64,000 nucleotides of DNA from the human T2T-CHM13v2.0 reference genome, Homo sapiens: NCBI RefSeq assembly GCF_009914755.1, contig NC_060932.1. One strand, given 5' to 3'. Positions within the stretch are counted from its first letter, which is position 1; each line of letters starts with the position of its first letter. The translations under genes and the position numbers were made by a program. Shown piece by piece: positions 39,955 to 53,516 of this stretch. Below the pieces are notes generated by a model that saw nothing but the letters and a program-made list of their open reading frames with translations, was not told where the DNA came from and ran no database searches.

Positions 39955-40102
39955 TTCCTTCCTTCCTTCCTTCCTTTCTTCCTTCCTTCCTTCCTTCCTT
40001 CCTTCCTTCCTTCCTTCCTTCCTTCCTTCCTCCCTTCCTCCCTTCCTCCCTCCCTCCCTCCCTCTCTCTCTCTTTCTTTCTTTCTTCTTTTCTTTTTTTT
40101 CT
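39955..40102. repeat. Polypyrimidine (TTCC)n Alu tail: (TTCC)5-TTTC-(TTCC)13, then CT-rich
   Basis: Thirteen consecutive TTCC at 39979-40030. Confidence 0.95.
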
Positions 40103-40366
40103 TGACAGAGTCTCTCTCCATTGCTCAGGCTGGAGTGCGGTGGCACCATCGCTGTTCACTGCAGCCTTGATTCCCTGGGTTCAAGCAATTCTCCCACCTC
40201 AGCCTCCCGACTGCAGACCACCATGTGTGGCTAATTTTTGTATTTTTTGTAGATATAGGGTTTTGCCATGTTGCACAGGTTAGTCTCAAACTTCTGGATT
40301 CAAGTGAGCTGCAGCCTTGGCCTCGCAAAATGCTGCGATTACAGGCATAAACCACCATGTCCAGTC
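40103..40366 (-). mobile_element. AluJ(b)-like
   Basis: Antisense dimer gacagagtctc...cactgcagccttga...gattacaggcataaaccacca. Confidence 0.93.
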
Positions 40367-40379
40367 TCAAGTGAATTCA

Positions 40380-42180
40380 TAATGCTACTCAGCAAGTATA
40401 CTGTATTTTCCTGGCCCAGTCATTCTCTCTGTCTCTACACCATCTCTTTGATATCTTCACTTTTCTCAAACCTCCCAGACTTTCTTGCACATCATTGCTT
40501 GCTACTCATGGTTTTCCATTGTATTTTACTGAGAAAATAGAGGCAGACAGAAGAAAACTTCCACTAGCTCTCAACGCTGCATCATCCTCCCATCTGCATC
40601 GGTTCCAAGTGACTTTTCTCCTGGGTTACTATGTTTGATCTGTCTCTGCTCCTAGCAAAAGCCAACACCTACGCAAGCACACTAGATTCCAACCCTTCTT
40701 GCCTCACCGATTTTTCTTTCTCGACTAGATCAAACTCGCTCTTATTTCTTGTATCTTAAAACCACAGTCTCTTTTCCTTCCAGCTATTTATGTCTTCCTT
40801 TTTATTCATGCCCTCCTGTTTCATGTCCTTAAAAGAGTTACCTATACTCACTGTTTCCAAATAAACATATCCCCTTATCTCTTCTGCAGTCAGGATTTTG
40901 CTTCTGTGCCTTCACTGAAAGTACACTTATCAAAGATAACAATAAATCTTCATTTTACTAAATTATATGGTCTTTTTCAGTTCCCATCTTTTTTGACATC
41001 AGTTGCACATTCGTTTACTCAATCATTCAGCAAGTGCTTTTTTTAGGACCTACCATTGCCTGGGCTGTTCTAGGTGCTGAAGAAAGACACTTTCCTTGTT
41101 TTGCTTCTACTTTTCTGGCTGCTCTCCTCAGTATCGGTCTTTGCTAGTTCTTCCTCATCTTCTCCTAAACCTTAAACATGGAGTGCCCCCAGGGAAGTCC
41201 ATGGACCTCTCTCTTTCTACATGTGCCACATATCTGTCCATCCTGGACCTCTCCAAAGTATATTCAATTGTGTATTTGACATCCCCACTTGGATACATAT
41301 AAAAGGGTTATACTTAATATGACTAAAATTGAACTCCTGCTATCCCTAACCCCTCTACAATCTGCTCTGTTCACAGTATTCCCCACCTTAGCTAGTGGCA
41401 ACTCCATTTTTCCAATTGTGTACACCTAAAATCATTGGCATCATTCTTGACTTCTCTTTTTATCTGACAACCAGCATTCAATTCATTGGCTAATAATGTA
41501 GCCTTTATCGTAAAATATATATCCAGAATTTGATGACTTCACATTCACTGCTATCTTCCTGGTCTAAGACACAATCATCTTTTGCCTGTAATATAAAATT
41601 ATCTCTTAACAGGTCACCTTGCTTGCACCATTATGTCCTAAGGTCTATTCTCAATAGAGAAGCCAGTGTGATTCTGTGAAAACATAAGTTAGATCATATC
41701 AGCTTTCTACTCAAAAATTTCCAGTGCCTTTTCATCTCCCTCAGAGTAGAAGTCAACATTCTTAAAATAATCTTCAAGGCTCTGAATACTCTGGACCCCA
41801 TTAGCTCTCTGAATTTCCATTTACCAGATATCCTCATGGATCACTGTCTCACCTGCTTCAAGTCTTTAATGAAATCTTGCTTTCCTGATGAGTCCTTCCC
41901 TTTATATCATTGCTGCTCTTCACCATTCCAGCTCCTAAAACTTCCTAGCTCCTATTTTAGGATAATTTTTCTCCTTTGCATTTATTACTACCTAGCATGC
42001 TCCATATTTTAAGTATTTACTTTATTTGTTGTCTACCTCTTCGACTAGAATACAAACCTCACAGGCATTTTATTATTTAGTTTTTTTCGTTCACTTCTGT
42101 ATTATTCTCAGTACCTAGAAAAGCTCCTGGCTCAGAATATGTGATCTACAGTTAGGTAGATCATTGAATGAATGGATGAA
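40380..42180 (+). mobile_element. L2 (L2a-like) 3' 1.8 kb including terminus
   Basis: tatttgacatc.ccacttggat; tggcatcattcttgacttctct; ends gtacctagaa..gc.cctggc.cag...ttgaatgaatggatgaa. Confidence 0.85.
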
Positions 42181-43019
42181 CAACATAATTAATCCTATGA
42201 GGACACTTCAGGCATATTAATTTGTTAAATAATGAATAAATGACACACTATATAACATGAATGCAGTGGAGAATAATTAGACAAATGGAAAAAAAAAGGT
42301 AGAGTTATAAAATGAAGTTAAGATTTAGGCTAAATGATGTATCCTGAACATCAAACATCAATATTTTTGCTTAGGGTAAATCAGAAATTTGACTCTAAGG
42401 CATACAGTAGACAATGTGAGAGGGGAAAAAAAATAATAGTGTCATGGTTCAAAATGCTGACTCAAAATTAAGGCATAGCAGTTTCTCAGGCAAAGCAAAT
42501 TAATTCCAGAGAGCCACTTTCCCCAAGAGTTCTAAAAAGGAAAAGCACAGTGCAAGGTAATGGAATATCTTTAGTAGCTCCCAGGGTGTCCTTCAATAGG
42601 CCGTGACATCTCACGGCATAATTCTGTATTAGCAATTCTAAAATGATCTAATATATTATTTAGGCATTAGTGCTCTGCCAGTGTTTCTGAACATAGTCTA
42701 TTTTAAGAATAGAGGAAAGAGTAAACCACAGATTTTTCTAGCAATTGGTCTTCCACTTGTTTACTCACAAATATTTATTATCGATAATGAACAATTAATG
42801 GGCTCAGTACTTGATATACAGTAGCATATAAAAACATGTTATCCCTTATGTCATGCAAGTCACATTTCCAAAAATACCTCTTCTTTCAATCAAATTTTGA
42901 GAACTACAAGGGCACTGTTTGAATTCTGTTTCCATTCCAGAACCTAATATTAGCTGTTGAGTTGATATATTTGACATATTTGTATGTGTTTAGTAACCAT
43001 GATGTCATAGTTGTTTGCT

Positions 43020-43245
43020 GGTGCTTTAAACCCAAACAGACTTGAGTTTGAGGTTTACTTCTACCACTTACCACCAACTTGGACAAGTTACTTAATCACT
43101 GCAAGCTCCATTTTCCACATGCAAAAAAAAAAATAAAGGTTATATTACAAAGATGTACATACAGGAGTGTTAAATGAGATATTTAAATAACTTAGAACAG
43201 AGCCTGGAATTTTGTAGGGGATCACAAACTTTTAATTATTAATAT
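43020..43245 (+). mobile_element. MIR SINE
   Basis: cagacttgagtttgag...ctaccacttacc...cttggacaagttacttaatc. Confidence 0.8.
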
Positions 43246-45432
43246 TGTCAACTGAGCTGTAAAAAAAAAAAAACCCTGAAAGGCCTAACAAGGTGTAGTG
43301 GAAGGCCACTCCTGTCTCACTTGGAAATGATTAACAAAAGTATCTTGGTACTCATGAAAGAGTAGGAGAAGATGTATCTTGAAAAGTAGTCAAGAAGCAG
43401 GCCATTTTATTTATTATATGCCAAGGAGTTTGGATTTCAGTTTTAGAAATGGGGAACTACATATTAATTTTACATATGAGAATGACACAATCGGATTTAT
43501 GCTTACATTTATCACTCTGTTGGCAGCCAGAGGATAAATCGGAAGTTTGGAAATTTGAAGAGACTAGAGCCAGGGAACTAATTAATAATCCAGATAAAAG
43601 TTGATGAAAGGAAGTGGGACTGAGAATAGAGAAAAAAATGAATCATTTGTAATTGTTCCTCTTAAACTTCCCTGTTTTGTATCTCATTCTTTGACAGTAC
43701 TGTCACATGACTTGTTAACTTTTCTGATATTTTAATTTGACCCAAGGGTTCTTTGGTTTATGATGCTATTTTATGATGTCCTCACCAAAGACCACTGATG
43801 TTTTAACAGTGTTTTCAATGCCTAAATCAAAGGCTTTATTAATATGAGCATTTCAAGCACCATCCAGGGACCATGAAGACAATATTTTGGGGAAGGAAAA
43901 TCTTCTTTATTTCTCTTATGCTCAAGTAAAGCCTTGAATAATTCTGTACACAGTTATCACAGTTGATATTGGCACCTGCTTTAATCCCATAGCCCATATT
44001 TTACAAAACACTGTAACTGTTCTATGTAGTCTGAAAAACGGAAATTCTTTTATTAAAACAACACCGGTGCTACTGCAGAGGGTGTTAGATATTTTTGTCT
44101 GACTCTACTTCTGATATTTTTACCAGAGTGATCCAAAGTTAAATGGAAAGCTTAAAAAAAAAAAAAACAACAGGATAGGATTTAACCAAAGGCATATTGT
44201 ACCAGCTCATTACAGTGAAGGAAATGGAGGCAACATGGTAAGTCACAAGCCTGAAAGGATCAGATTGTTAAACCAAGCCCTTCATTGGTGCTGTTTTCCG
44301 AGATGGTATCCATAAGCCTTTGTGATTGATGGATCCAGTGGTTGTGAGAGGTTGGGTATAACAGAGAGAAGACAGTGTGGGCAGACAGGGGGAAGGAAGG
44401 AAAAACCATACTGCTTGCCATTTCCTCATTAAGTTTCTACGATGGTGGGAGAAACCTGGTAGAAACTTAAAGGAGCCAGGAGACTTTTGTTCTCTCTTGT
44501 CTCTTCCATGTACTTTTAAATAGCTGGTTTACTATGGGTGGGTCACTTAACTCTTGTTTTCTCAAATGTAAAATTCATTAAACTTTCATTCAATCAATGC
44601 CCACTCTGTGCTTTGCTCTGCTCTAACATGGGCATATAACAATGGAAAAAACAGAGAAGACTTCTGAGAGTTTAATTCTAATGGGATAGGTAGATATTAA
44701 ACAATCAAAATGCAAACATACGTTATGAATGAATAACACATTATTGTTCCCATATGATAAATGTGTGCTTCATATATTTGGGATCTGTTAATACATAGCC
44801 TGTTAAGTAATTATAAGATATATAAAGCTGTTATATAATATATGATATATTTCAGGTAATAAGTTTATAATGAAAAGAGGTATAATGTCTTTCCCCTAAA
44901 CATCACAAAAGGCGTAAGACTCAAAATTTATAAAAGTGTTTTGAAAAATACAATGTGCTATGTAAATTTAAACACAATTACTCTTTCACAGGGTTATAAG
45001 GGTGGTGTTGGATTCAATTTCAGGGTCCTCTGTGTCTAACAGAGGAAGTTTTCTGGCTTTAGAATGCCACTGACCTCTTGGACCTGAGGCTTAGAGATTC
45101 ATATCCCCAAAGGGTCTTAAAGACCACACATGCAATCCAGTTTGGAGATGCAGGCTGAGGTAGCCCCTATCTGAGGGTTCTGGTTGGCATAAATGCCGTG
45201 GCCTTGGGGCAACTTCCTGACTTAATATGCTTTATGGTGTTGGACAGTAGCTGCCCTAGCAGCTGGTAAAAATCTTATAGCACTTATTATGCTACACGTA
45301 ATTATTTGTTATGTCAACGTGGAGGTAGGAGAGATGCTGGATGTATCTTTATGTCCCCTCTGCCTAGGAAAATGTCTTGACTCCTGGTAACTGCTCAGAA
45401 ATGAAACAATGATTACTTGGCACATGCTACTC

Positions 45433-46365
45433 ATGATAGCTAATAATTATGTGTCAACTTAACTGGGCTAAGGGATGCCTAGATAGCTGTTAAGACAATT
45501 ATCAGGTGTGCCTGAGAGGGTGTTTCCAGAAGAAATTAGCATTTGAATCAGTAGACTGAGTAAGGAAGATTGCCCTCACTAATGTGGGTGGATACCATCC
45601 AATCTGTTGAAGGACTGAAAAGAACAAAAAAGGCAGGAAGGGCAAATTTGTTCTTTTTGTTTGAACTGGGACCTCCACCTTCTGCTCTTGGACATCAGCA
45701 CTCCTGGTTCTTGCACTTTTGGACTTGATTTGGGACTCACACAAGTAGTCCCCTGGTTCTCAGGCCTTTTGACTTGTGAATTACAACACTGGCTTTTCTG
45801 GTTCTCCAGCTTGCAGACAGATCCTGGGACCTCTTGGCCTCCATAATCACATGAAACTATTCTCATAATAAATTTATATGTATATGTCTGTGTCTATACA
45901 TCTCCATATCTATACACATCCCTATATCCATCTACATCTGTATTTCTATCTACAGAGAGATATAGAAATGTATATGTATGTAGATAGATATCTACCTATA
46001 GATAGAGATATATCTTTATCTATCTAGATCTACAGCTCTATATAGATGTATAGATATAGAGATGTATATCTATATAGACATTTATCTATAGATATATAGA
46101 GATATATCTAGATATAGATATATAGAGATATATGGAGATATGTGTAGATATAGATATATGGAGATATGTCTAGATATAGATATATGGAGATATGTCTAGA
46201 TACAGATATATGGAGATATGTCTAGATATAGATATATAGAGATATATCTAGATATCTATCTATCTATACCTATATCTTATCTATATATCAATTAATCTAT
46301 ATGTATATGTATATCTATATCTGTCTATATCTCCTGTTTGTTCTGCTTCTCTGGAGAAGCCCTTA
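45433..46365 (+). mobile_element. MLT2B-like ERVL solo LTR with expanded internal TA/GA tract
   Basis: tatgtgtcaacttaactgggctaagggatgcc.agatagctg...gtgtttccagaaga.attagcatttgaatcagtagactgag; ends ctcctgtttgttctgcttctctggagaa. Confidence 0.9.
45875..46330. repeat. AT-rich low-complexity tract with a 26-bp minisatellite core
   Basis: Unit gatatagatatatggagatatgtcta at 46147, 46173, 46199, 46225, with degenerate copies at 46085 and 46121. Confidence 0.92.
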
Positions 46366-46590
46366 GAGGGACTGGTGAATGTTGCAGAGCCACCATTGCG
46401 GCAGTGCCTGGGAAATGTCCTTGCTCCTGGATGAGGCTCCTTGCTGCCTTCCACCATATGTTGTTCCATGCCAGGTGTGCTGCCTTTAGTGCAGACCTCT
46501 TTTTCTTTCTCAAAGTAACTCAGGGAGAAAAAGAAACAAAGCAAAAGGGTAGTTTGGCACCCTTGGAGACTGTTTTCCTTACTTGTTAAA

Positions 46591-46884
46591 TTCTTTTTCT
46601 TTTTTCTTTTTTTTTTTTTTGAGACAGAGTCTTGCTCTGTTGCCCAGGCTGGAGTGCAGTGGACCAATCATAGCTCACTGTAATCTTGAAGTCCTGGGCT
46701 CACGGAGTCCTTCTGCCTCAGCGTCCTGAGTAGTTGGGACTACAGGTTTGTGTCACTATGCCTGGATAATTTTTAATTTTTTGTGGAGACAGGGTCTTTC
46801 TGTGTTGCCCAGCCTGGCCTGGAATGCCACCCACCCTGGCCTCCCAACGTGCTGGGATTACAGGCGTGAGCCACCGTTCTTGGA
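46591..46884 (-). mobile_element. AluJ
   Basis: T-tail, gagacagagtcttgctctgttgcccaggctggagtgcagtgg...atcatagctcactg; small deletion in left arm. Confidence 0.94.
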
Positions 46885-48144
46885 GTAAATTATTTTCTAT
46901 TCTTTCTTGAGAACATCTTGCATTGATTCAAAAGGTTTACGTATGTTTTCTTTTTTGCATGACAATGAAGCTAATAATGGATTTACTTATTTTAAAGTAG
47001 TTTAAAATGTTATTTTTATTTCTCATGGATATATCACTGCATGGCTCAGAAATTCATAGAAATGCTGGTATTATTTTAGCTTAGAAATAGATGGATCAGG
47101 AGGTATTGTCTATTCCAGTTTTTAGAATTCTAGTGTAATGTTACCAAAATGAAGAGAGTTTTAACTGATGCTGAAAAGTTAACAAACTATGTCAAGAGCA
47201 AATTTATTTCCATAGTTTGTTAAGCCACTTTTTTCTTCCTAGGAAGTGTGGATTTTAAAGCAAAGCTTAAACTGCTTTGGCTCAGTGTATAATTGTACTT
47301 TTGTTTTTAAAGAAAATGTTACTATGGTCATCTATGATTGAGATCCAATTACTCCAGAGTTAGACTTTTCCTATTTCTGTTCTTTGAAATTGCATAAAAT
47401 TCAGCTGACATCAGCTGTGCAAATGCAGATAACTGCCTGTCTTCCAAGAAGATGACTCATTAACATGAGTAACTAAGATAAGTAAGATTTTCTTGTCAAA
47501 TTCCTGGTGAATGCATTTTTTTCTCCCCATGGTCTACTCCCATGCAAATATGAAGAAACAGCAAATATAAATAAATTACCTAAACTTAGTGGTGATACTG
47601 ACTGATACAGATGTTTTGAAAAGCAAAATGGTGGTTATGAGAACAAAAAGATTTGGGTAAAATGAGTTCACATGTAACATAGTCTCTAACTTTCCAGTAA
47701 AAAAAAAAAAAGTGAACTAATTGAGCCTCAGAAAAGCTAATAGTTGCTTGAATTTCTATGATTTTTGGTCAAGCCAGCTTTATCTAATTTTGGTGTAAAT
47801 AAAGAAGGGTTAAAGTGGAAATGCAACTGGGGCTTATTACCTTCATTTGTGTTTATAGAAGCAGAAGGCAATCAGGAAACAAATGAAAAATAATGCAGAG
47901 ACTGAGGTAATGGGTGCCGATAGTTCAAACACAAATGGAATAAACTTTTTGATTTAAATGTAGAAGCAGGAGAGTCAGGAGATCCACAATTTAAGATGTG
48001 TTAGCTGCCATAGTGCCTGAGAATCACTGGTAGACAGCAGTTTTGAAATCTGGGAAAGAAACATCATAACAAAAAATGATTTTCTTGGAGAAGAATGGGT
48101 AATTCTGAAATTCTTGGAAAAAACAGGGAATTCTGAAGCAAGGT

Positions 48145-48608
48145 CCAAAGAGGGTTCATGAATGGGCTCCATTTTGTTCTTGAGTTCTTAAAAATATAGG
48201 CAAACATTCGAGTGGTTTACAGATATGCTTTTTTTTTTTTTTTTTTTGGTTGGGGGAGAGGAAATGGCTCACAGTTTTTATAAAATTCTCTAAAGGGGCT
48301 GATATGGTGGTTCACACCTTCAACCCCAGCGTTTTGGGAGGCCAACATGGGAAGGTCACTTCAGGCCAGGAGTTCTAGACCAGCCTAGGAAAGCACATCT
48401 ATCAAAAAAAAAAAAAATTAGTTGGGCATGGTGGTGATGGTAGTGCATACCTATAGTCCCCATTACTTGGGGGGCTGAAGCGGGAGGATGGATTGAGCCC
48501 AGGAGTTCAAGGCTTCAGTGAGCTATGATCATGCTACTGCATTCCAGCAAGACTCTGACTAAAAAAAAATTATCAAAGGGTCTATGATCCAATAAAGTTT
48601 ATGAACCA
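48145..48608. mobile_element. Old hAT-Charlie-type MITE split by AluJ
   Basis: ggggagagg...cacagtttt.at.aaattctc.aaagggtctatgatcca..aaagtt.a.gaacca; related copy at about 49790-49912. Confidence 0.55.
48296..48570 (+). mobile_element. AluJ, diverged with small deletions
   Basis: ttgagcccaggagttcaaggct.cagtgagctatgatc. Confidence 0.9.
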
Positions 48609-48639
48609 AAGGTCAAAGGAAAGAGCACCATTCCACTCC

Positions 48640-48775
48640 AAAACTTACTCTGTATGTGAATCAGTCACTTAACCTCTATGAACCTTTGTTTCCAATATGT
48701 GTAAAGTTAACTGTCCTGCCTCCTCCACAAGTACTATCATATGGTTCAAATAAGATAATGTGTGTGAAAATATTA
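48640..48775 (+). mobile_element. MIR SINE
   Basis: agtcacttaacctctatgaacct.tgtttcc...aaataagataatgtgtgtgaaa. Confidence 0.75.
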
Positions 48776-48784
48776 ACCAACACT

Positions 48785-49005
48785 GGTATAGGGAGAACTC
48801 ACTGTGTGCCCCAGGCACATTTTCAAGAACTTTATGAATTTTATCTCAATCTTTATAATAACTCTATGAAATGAGAATTACTTTCGGTATTTTACTTATA
48901 AGGCCACTGAAGTACAGAGACCAAGTGATTTGCTCAAAGTCACACAGCTAGTAAGTGATACCTCTGGAACTTGAAACTACTCAGTATGATTCCAGAATAT
49001 AGGTT
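48785..49005 (-). mobile_element. MIR SINE, tail-to-tail with the previous copy
   Basis: actgaagtacagaga..aagtgatttgctcaaagtcacacagctagtaagtg...gaacttgaaac. Confidence 0.82.
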
Positions 49006-50470
49006 CTCTGTTGCAATGCTCAAATGCTTCTCTAACGTCAAACATGAACTAATTTATGAATGATGGTTGATGGAGATATGTTAAGGATAGAGAAGTTAAA
49101 ATTTACCAATAATTTTTTTAAGGTGGTGATTATAGTGGGTGCTCAGGAACACCAGCTTGGGGAACCTTAGGGAGCACTAGAGAGACAATAAAATGTAAGT
49201 AGAAAGTGTGCTAGTTTTACCTGTCCTCAAACTTGCTGCTACGTACTCAGATTGTTAAGGCAAATTGGGCTCAAGCTAAACCACAGTTTCAGAACCCCTT
49301 CAGCGAGGCCAGCCTTAATATGCTTGGTAAGCTGACTGAGGAGGGCTTAATGGCCTCTCCCTTGTGCAAAAGCATTTGTTCAGTGTGGCAGCTCTGGCTG
49401 ACTCCTGATGAAGGGCATATGGAGTGTGGGAATGGCCATGGCCATGGTTTCCTCCTTTGAGGATTGGAACATCAGAGAGCTATGGAAGATGTTTGCTGGA
49501 ACAGTAAAGATCTATATTTGCTTTAACAAGAGTATTTTTTTCCTTTTCCCACCCAAGCAGCATGCACCATTTCAGCTGTAGCCTACAGTGTCTAGATGAG
49601 ATACGGAGCAAGAAGAAAGACATTTTAGGAATTCCAACCTGATCCCAGAAGTCATAGATCATTGGAAATCTCTTATTTCTCTTATATCCACATGCTTGTG
49701 ATATTTAGAACAGAGAGTTCCTTTCTCACAAGCATCTCAGAGCTCCCTGCAAAATCTCATAGTGGGAAGGAATCTTAAGATGTCGTCCTACCCAGAGGTT
49801 GTTAAAGAGCTTCAGGATCTGTGTGACTGTATGCATTTTTCTGAGATGATCTGTAGGTTTCATAAGATTCTCAAAGAGATTTATGGCCCTTGAAAACAAT
49901 AAGAACTACCAGTTTAGTCCAAAGCCTAGGCTTAGAAAAAATAAAATTAACTATAATCCATGTAGAATAGATAATTGCTTTAAAAAGCTCTTCAGAAGGA
50001 AATGCACTAGTCGCAACAACTGTTTTCAGCTACTCTTGCTTCTCAAAAAGATCCTCCATTTATCAACTGTAATCTCTAAGGCACTTTAAAGTCATTTATT
50101 TTAGTTATAATCTCTATGATGATGGACGGAAAATAGCTGGTCAGGAACACCTTTAAAGTAAGTCTTGCAGAAAGTCACTAAGTTTCCAAGGAGTTTTCTT
50201 GTTTCTGGGCTAATAGCTCCACCTCCTTTAGTTTCTCTATTTGTCTCGGTCCCCACTCACTGAATTTTTGATTCTTGGTGTCTATGATTAAGACATTAGA
50301 ACTTGGAAGGAGTGTTATAAACGTAATAAAAGTTCACATTAATAATTAATTGAGCACATTTTCATGCAGTGACTGGATAGTTTGGACGAGGTTGGAGACA
50401 CTGCGTATCTTTTTGTGCCTCTACTTCCTCACATATAAAACAAAAAATTAAATAATGCCAAAGAATGATC

Positions 50471-50954
<484 letters not shown>

Positions 50955-51471
50955 TCGGAGAGTGATCTTAGTGGTGGCTTCAAGGAGGTTGTGGACAATT
51001 GATAGATGTCCTTATATTCTGAATGTTGTTCGAGGACTCAAAGATGAAATAAGGACTAAGGAAGTACAGTTACACACTCAACTGAAAAATCTCTGTGATC
51101 CAGCTTGTCCCGGGTGCTTCCACACAGGACAAGTGCTTCGAGTGATTCACAGAAGCACTAGCGGGCCACTAGCACTCTGCTGGATGGTTAGATGTGAAAA
51201 CTGGAGCTTCTTTGCCAGGTTCCTTATAAAAGTAAAAGAGGTTGTTGTCCCCAACATAGCTTGATGGAGAAAAAATATGTTTTTCTGGGACATAGATGTA
51301 CTGTAGGGCAGTCTGTTTAAACTTTTGGGCTTAAGTGATTTTGATGACATCTTCATATTGGCCAAAACAGCCTATGGTCAAATCAGCTGTTTGGCAAATC
51401 ATATTAAAATGTCACTAAAATTGAGGGTTCTTTTAAGGAGTATAAATATTTAGAGTTATTACCCAGTGGGA

Positions 51472-51809
<338 letters not shown>

Positions 51810-51834
51810 TTAGAATAACAAACATTTTTTTTCT

Positions 51835-52045
51835 TGGATCATTCACTTACTAGTCATATGACTTTGTCCAAATTACTTAAATCTCTGTGTATTTCAGTTT
51901 TCTTATCTGAAAAATGGGGTAAATAATTGTAGATGTTTCAAAAGTTTACTAAGAGGAATAAATGAGTTGATACACATAAAACATTTAGTACAGTACTTGA
52001 TCCATGTTAAAGATTCAATAAATATTGAGTATTATTATTTTTCAT
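51835..52045 (+). mobile_element. MIR SINE
   Basis: cacttactagtcatatgactttg.ccaaattacttaa.tctctgtg..tttcagttttcttatctgaaaaatgggg. Confidence 0.85.
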
Positions 52046-53500
52046 TATTTGGGTGGTTTTTCTACATATATGAAAGCCAGTCTTTTAATCATCATAGTTA
52101 TTATAAATGACCAGTCTATTTAGGGTTAAAGTTTAGAAATATTAGATAAAACCGCATTATAACATTTACTAATGTAATCACTTTTTAATTTGTACACTTT
52201 ATATAATCATCATTATATATTTATTTATACAGTGTATACTGTGAAGTATCATAGGCAATGTTTTCAGTACTGTATGCATGGAAAGGAAACATCTTCCCCC
52301 GGACTCCTTAAAATAGATTACTGAGAAGCTATCCCTGATCAGAAGGTGAAATTCACACAGGAGACACTGACTCTTTAGACTTTGTTTCACTGGCCTGGTG
52401 GAAGATGGACCTCTGTGTATGAAGAGAGGTCAACTGATTCACTGAAGGTCAGAGACAGAGCGGCTGGGCTGAGACCAACTTCTGGTCTTCCTGACTTCTA
52501 GTATGTTTCTTCTGCTTTTCTTACGAGGAACAAAGAATCTTATAACAAACAATTTAAAAAGAAGTGTTTCAAATAACCTGCTTCATACTGTTTTAAAATA
52601 ACTATACCTTAAATATAAATCTCTCACAATTGCACTTTCTATTCAGAGTAAATGGGAGAAAGGAAGTTAAATAGTGAACTTACCTGCTTATGTTCAGTGA
52701 TTGAGCTCATTTCTGAGTACCAAAGGCTTGAAATTATGAATTCTATAAAATTGTCTGAATTTCTGCTTGAAACTAAATACCTGGTTGCCTTTCACAGGAG
52801 AGATAATAACCCTTTACCCTGGTCTTGGTTAAGGAGCACTTTGCCCAAGCTATATATTACAAGGAAATGGAGCATCCATTACGTGGTGTTCTGAAGTTCT
52901 CCTAGTTCAGCAGGCTCCCAAAGAAGAGCTCTCAGCAAGTGTTAAAAATTCGAAATGCACAGGTGTCTGAGAGCCAAGTTGTTTTTAGCTTATTGTTTTT
53001 TTGTTTATAGCTTGTAAAATGATTTAAGTAGAAACTCTGAGCCTGTGTGGAAGTCCTATCTGGGAAGCTGCTTTCCAAAAGTGTAGGTACCTATATATGT
53101 TGCCTAATGTGATTATGCATATTGTACAACAGTTGGTCCAGTCATTTACCCAGAGGCTTTATCAAATTTGCTAAAATGGTAAGCAGACTAGCTAAATGTG
53201 GTCCCTGGGATCTGAAAGATGGAAATCTAGCTTATAACAGGATAAGGACATTCCATTGGCCATATTTCAAACTTACAGGTATCATAGCATAGAAACCTCA
53301 ACCTTCATATTTGGTTATTGAGACAAATTATCAAACACACTTTAAATTCTACTGATTTCTATGAAGAAATCACATTCTTCACATCAGCCAAAAGCAGACT
53401 CCTTCATACCCAGAGTGGATCAGGCCCCGCATGAAGTGCTATATTCTTCTGAACACTATTGCTCAGTTTGTATTCACACAGCTCAACCACTCAGGTTAAA

Positions 53501-53516
53501 TGACCTCTTTTAACCT
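53501..53516 (-). promoter_or_regulatory. Candidate DR4 nuclear-receptor element (LXR/TR-type)
   Basis: Minus strand reads AGGTTA-aaag-AGGTCA; motif match only. Confidence 0.35.

Noticed and set aside
53401-53425. Possible left TSD and terminal repeat of the hAT element (ccttcata…cagagtggatca)
   Set aside because: Only loosely similar to ccttcaag plus tagggtgacca; not convincing without alignment.
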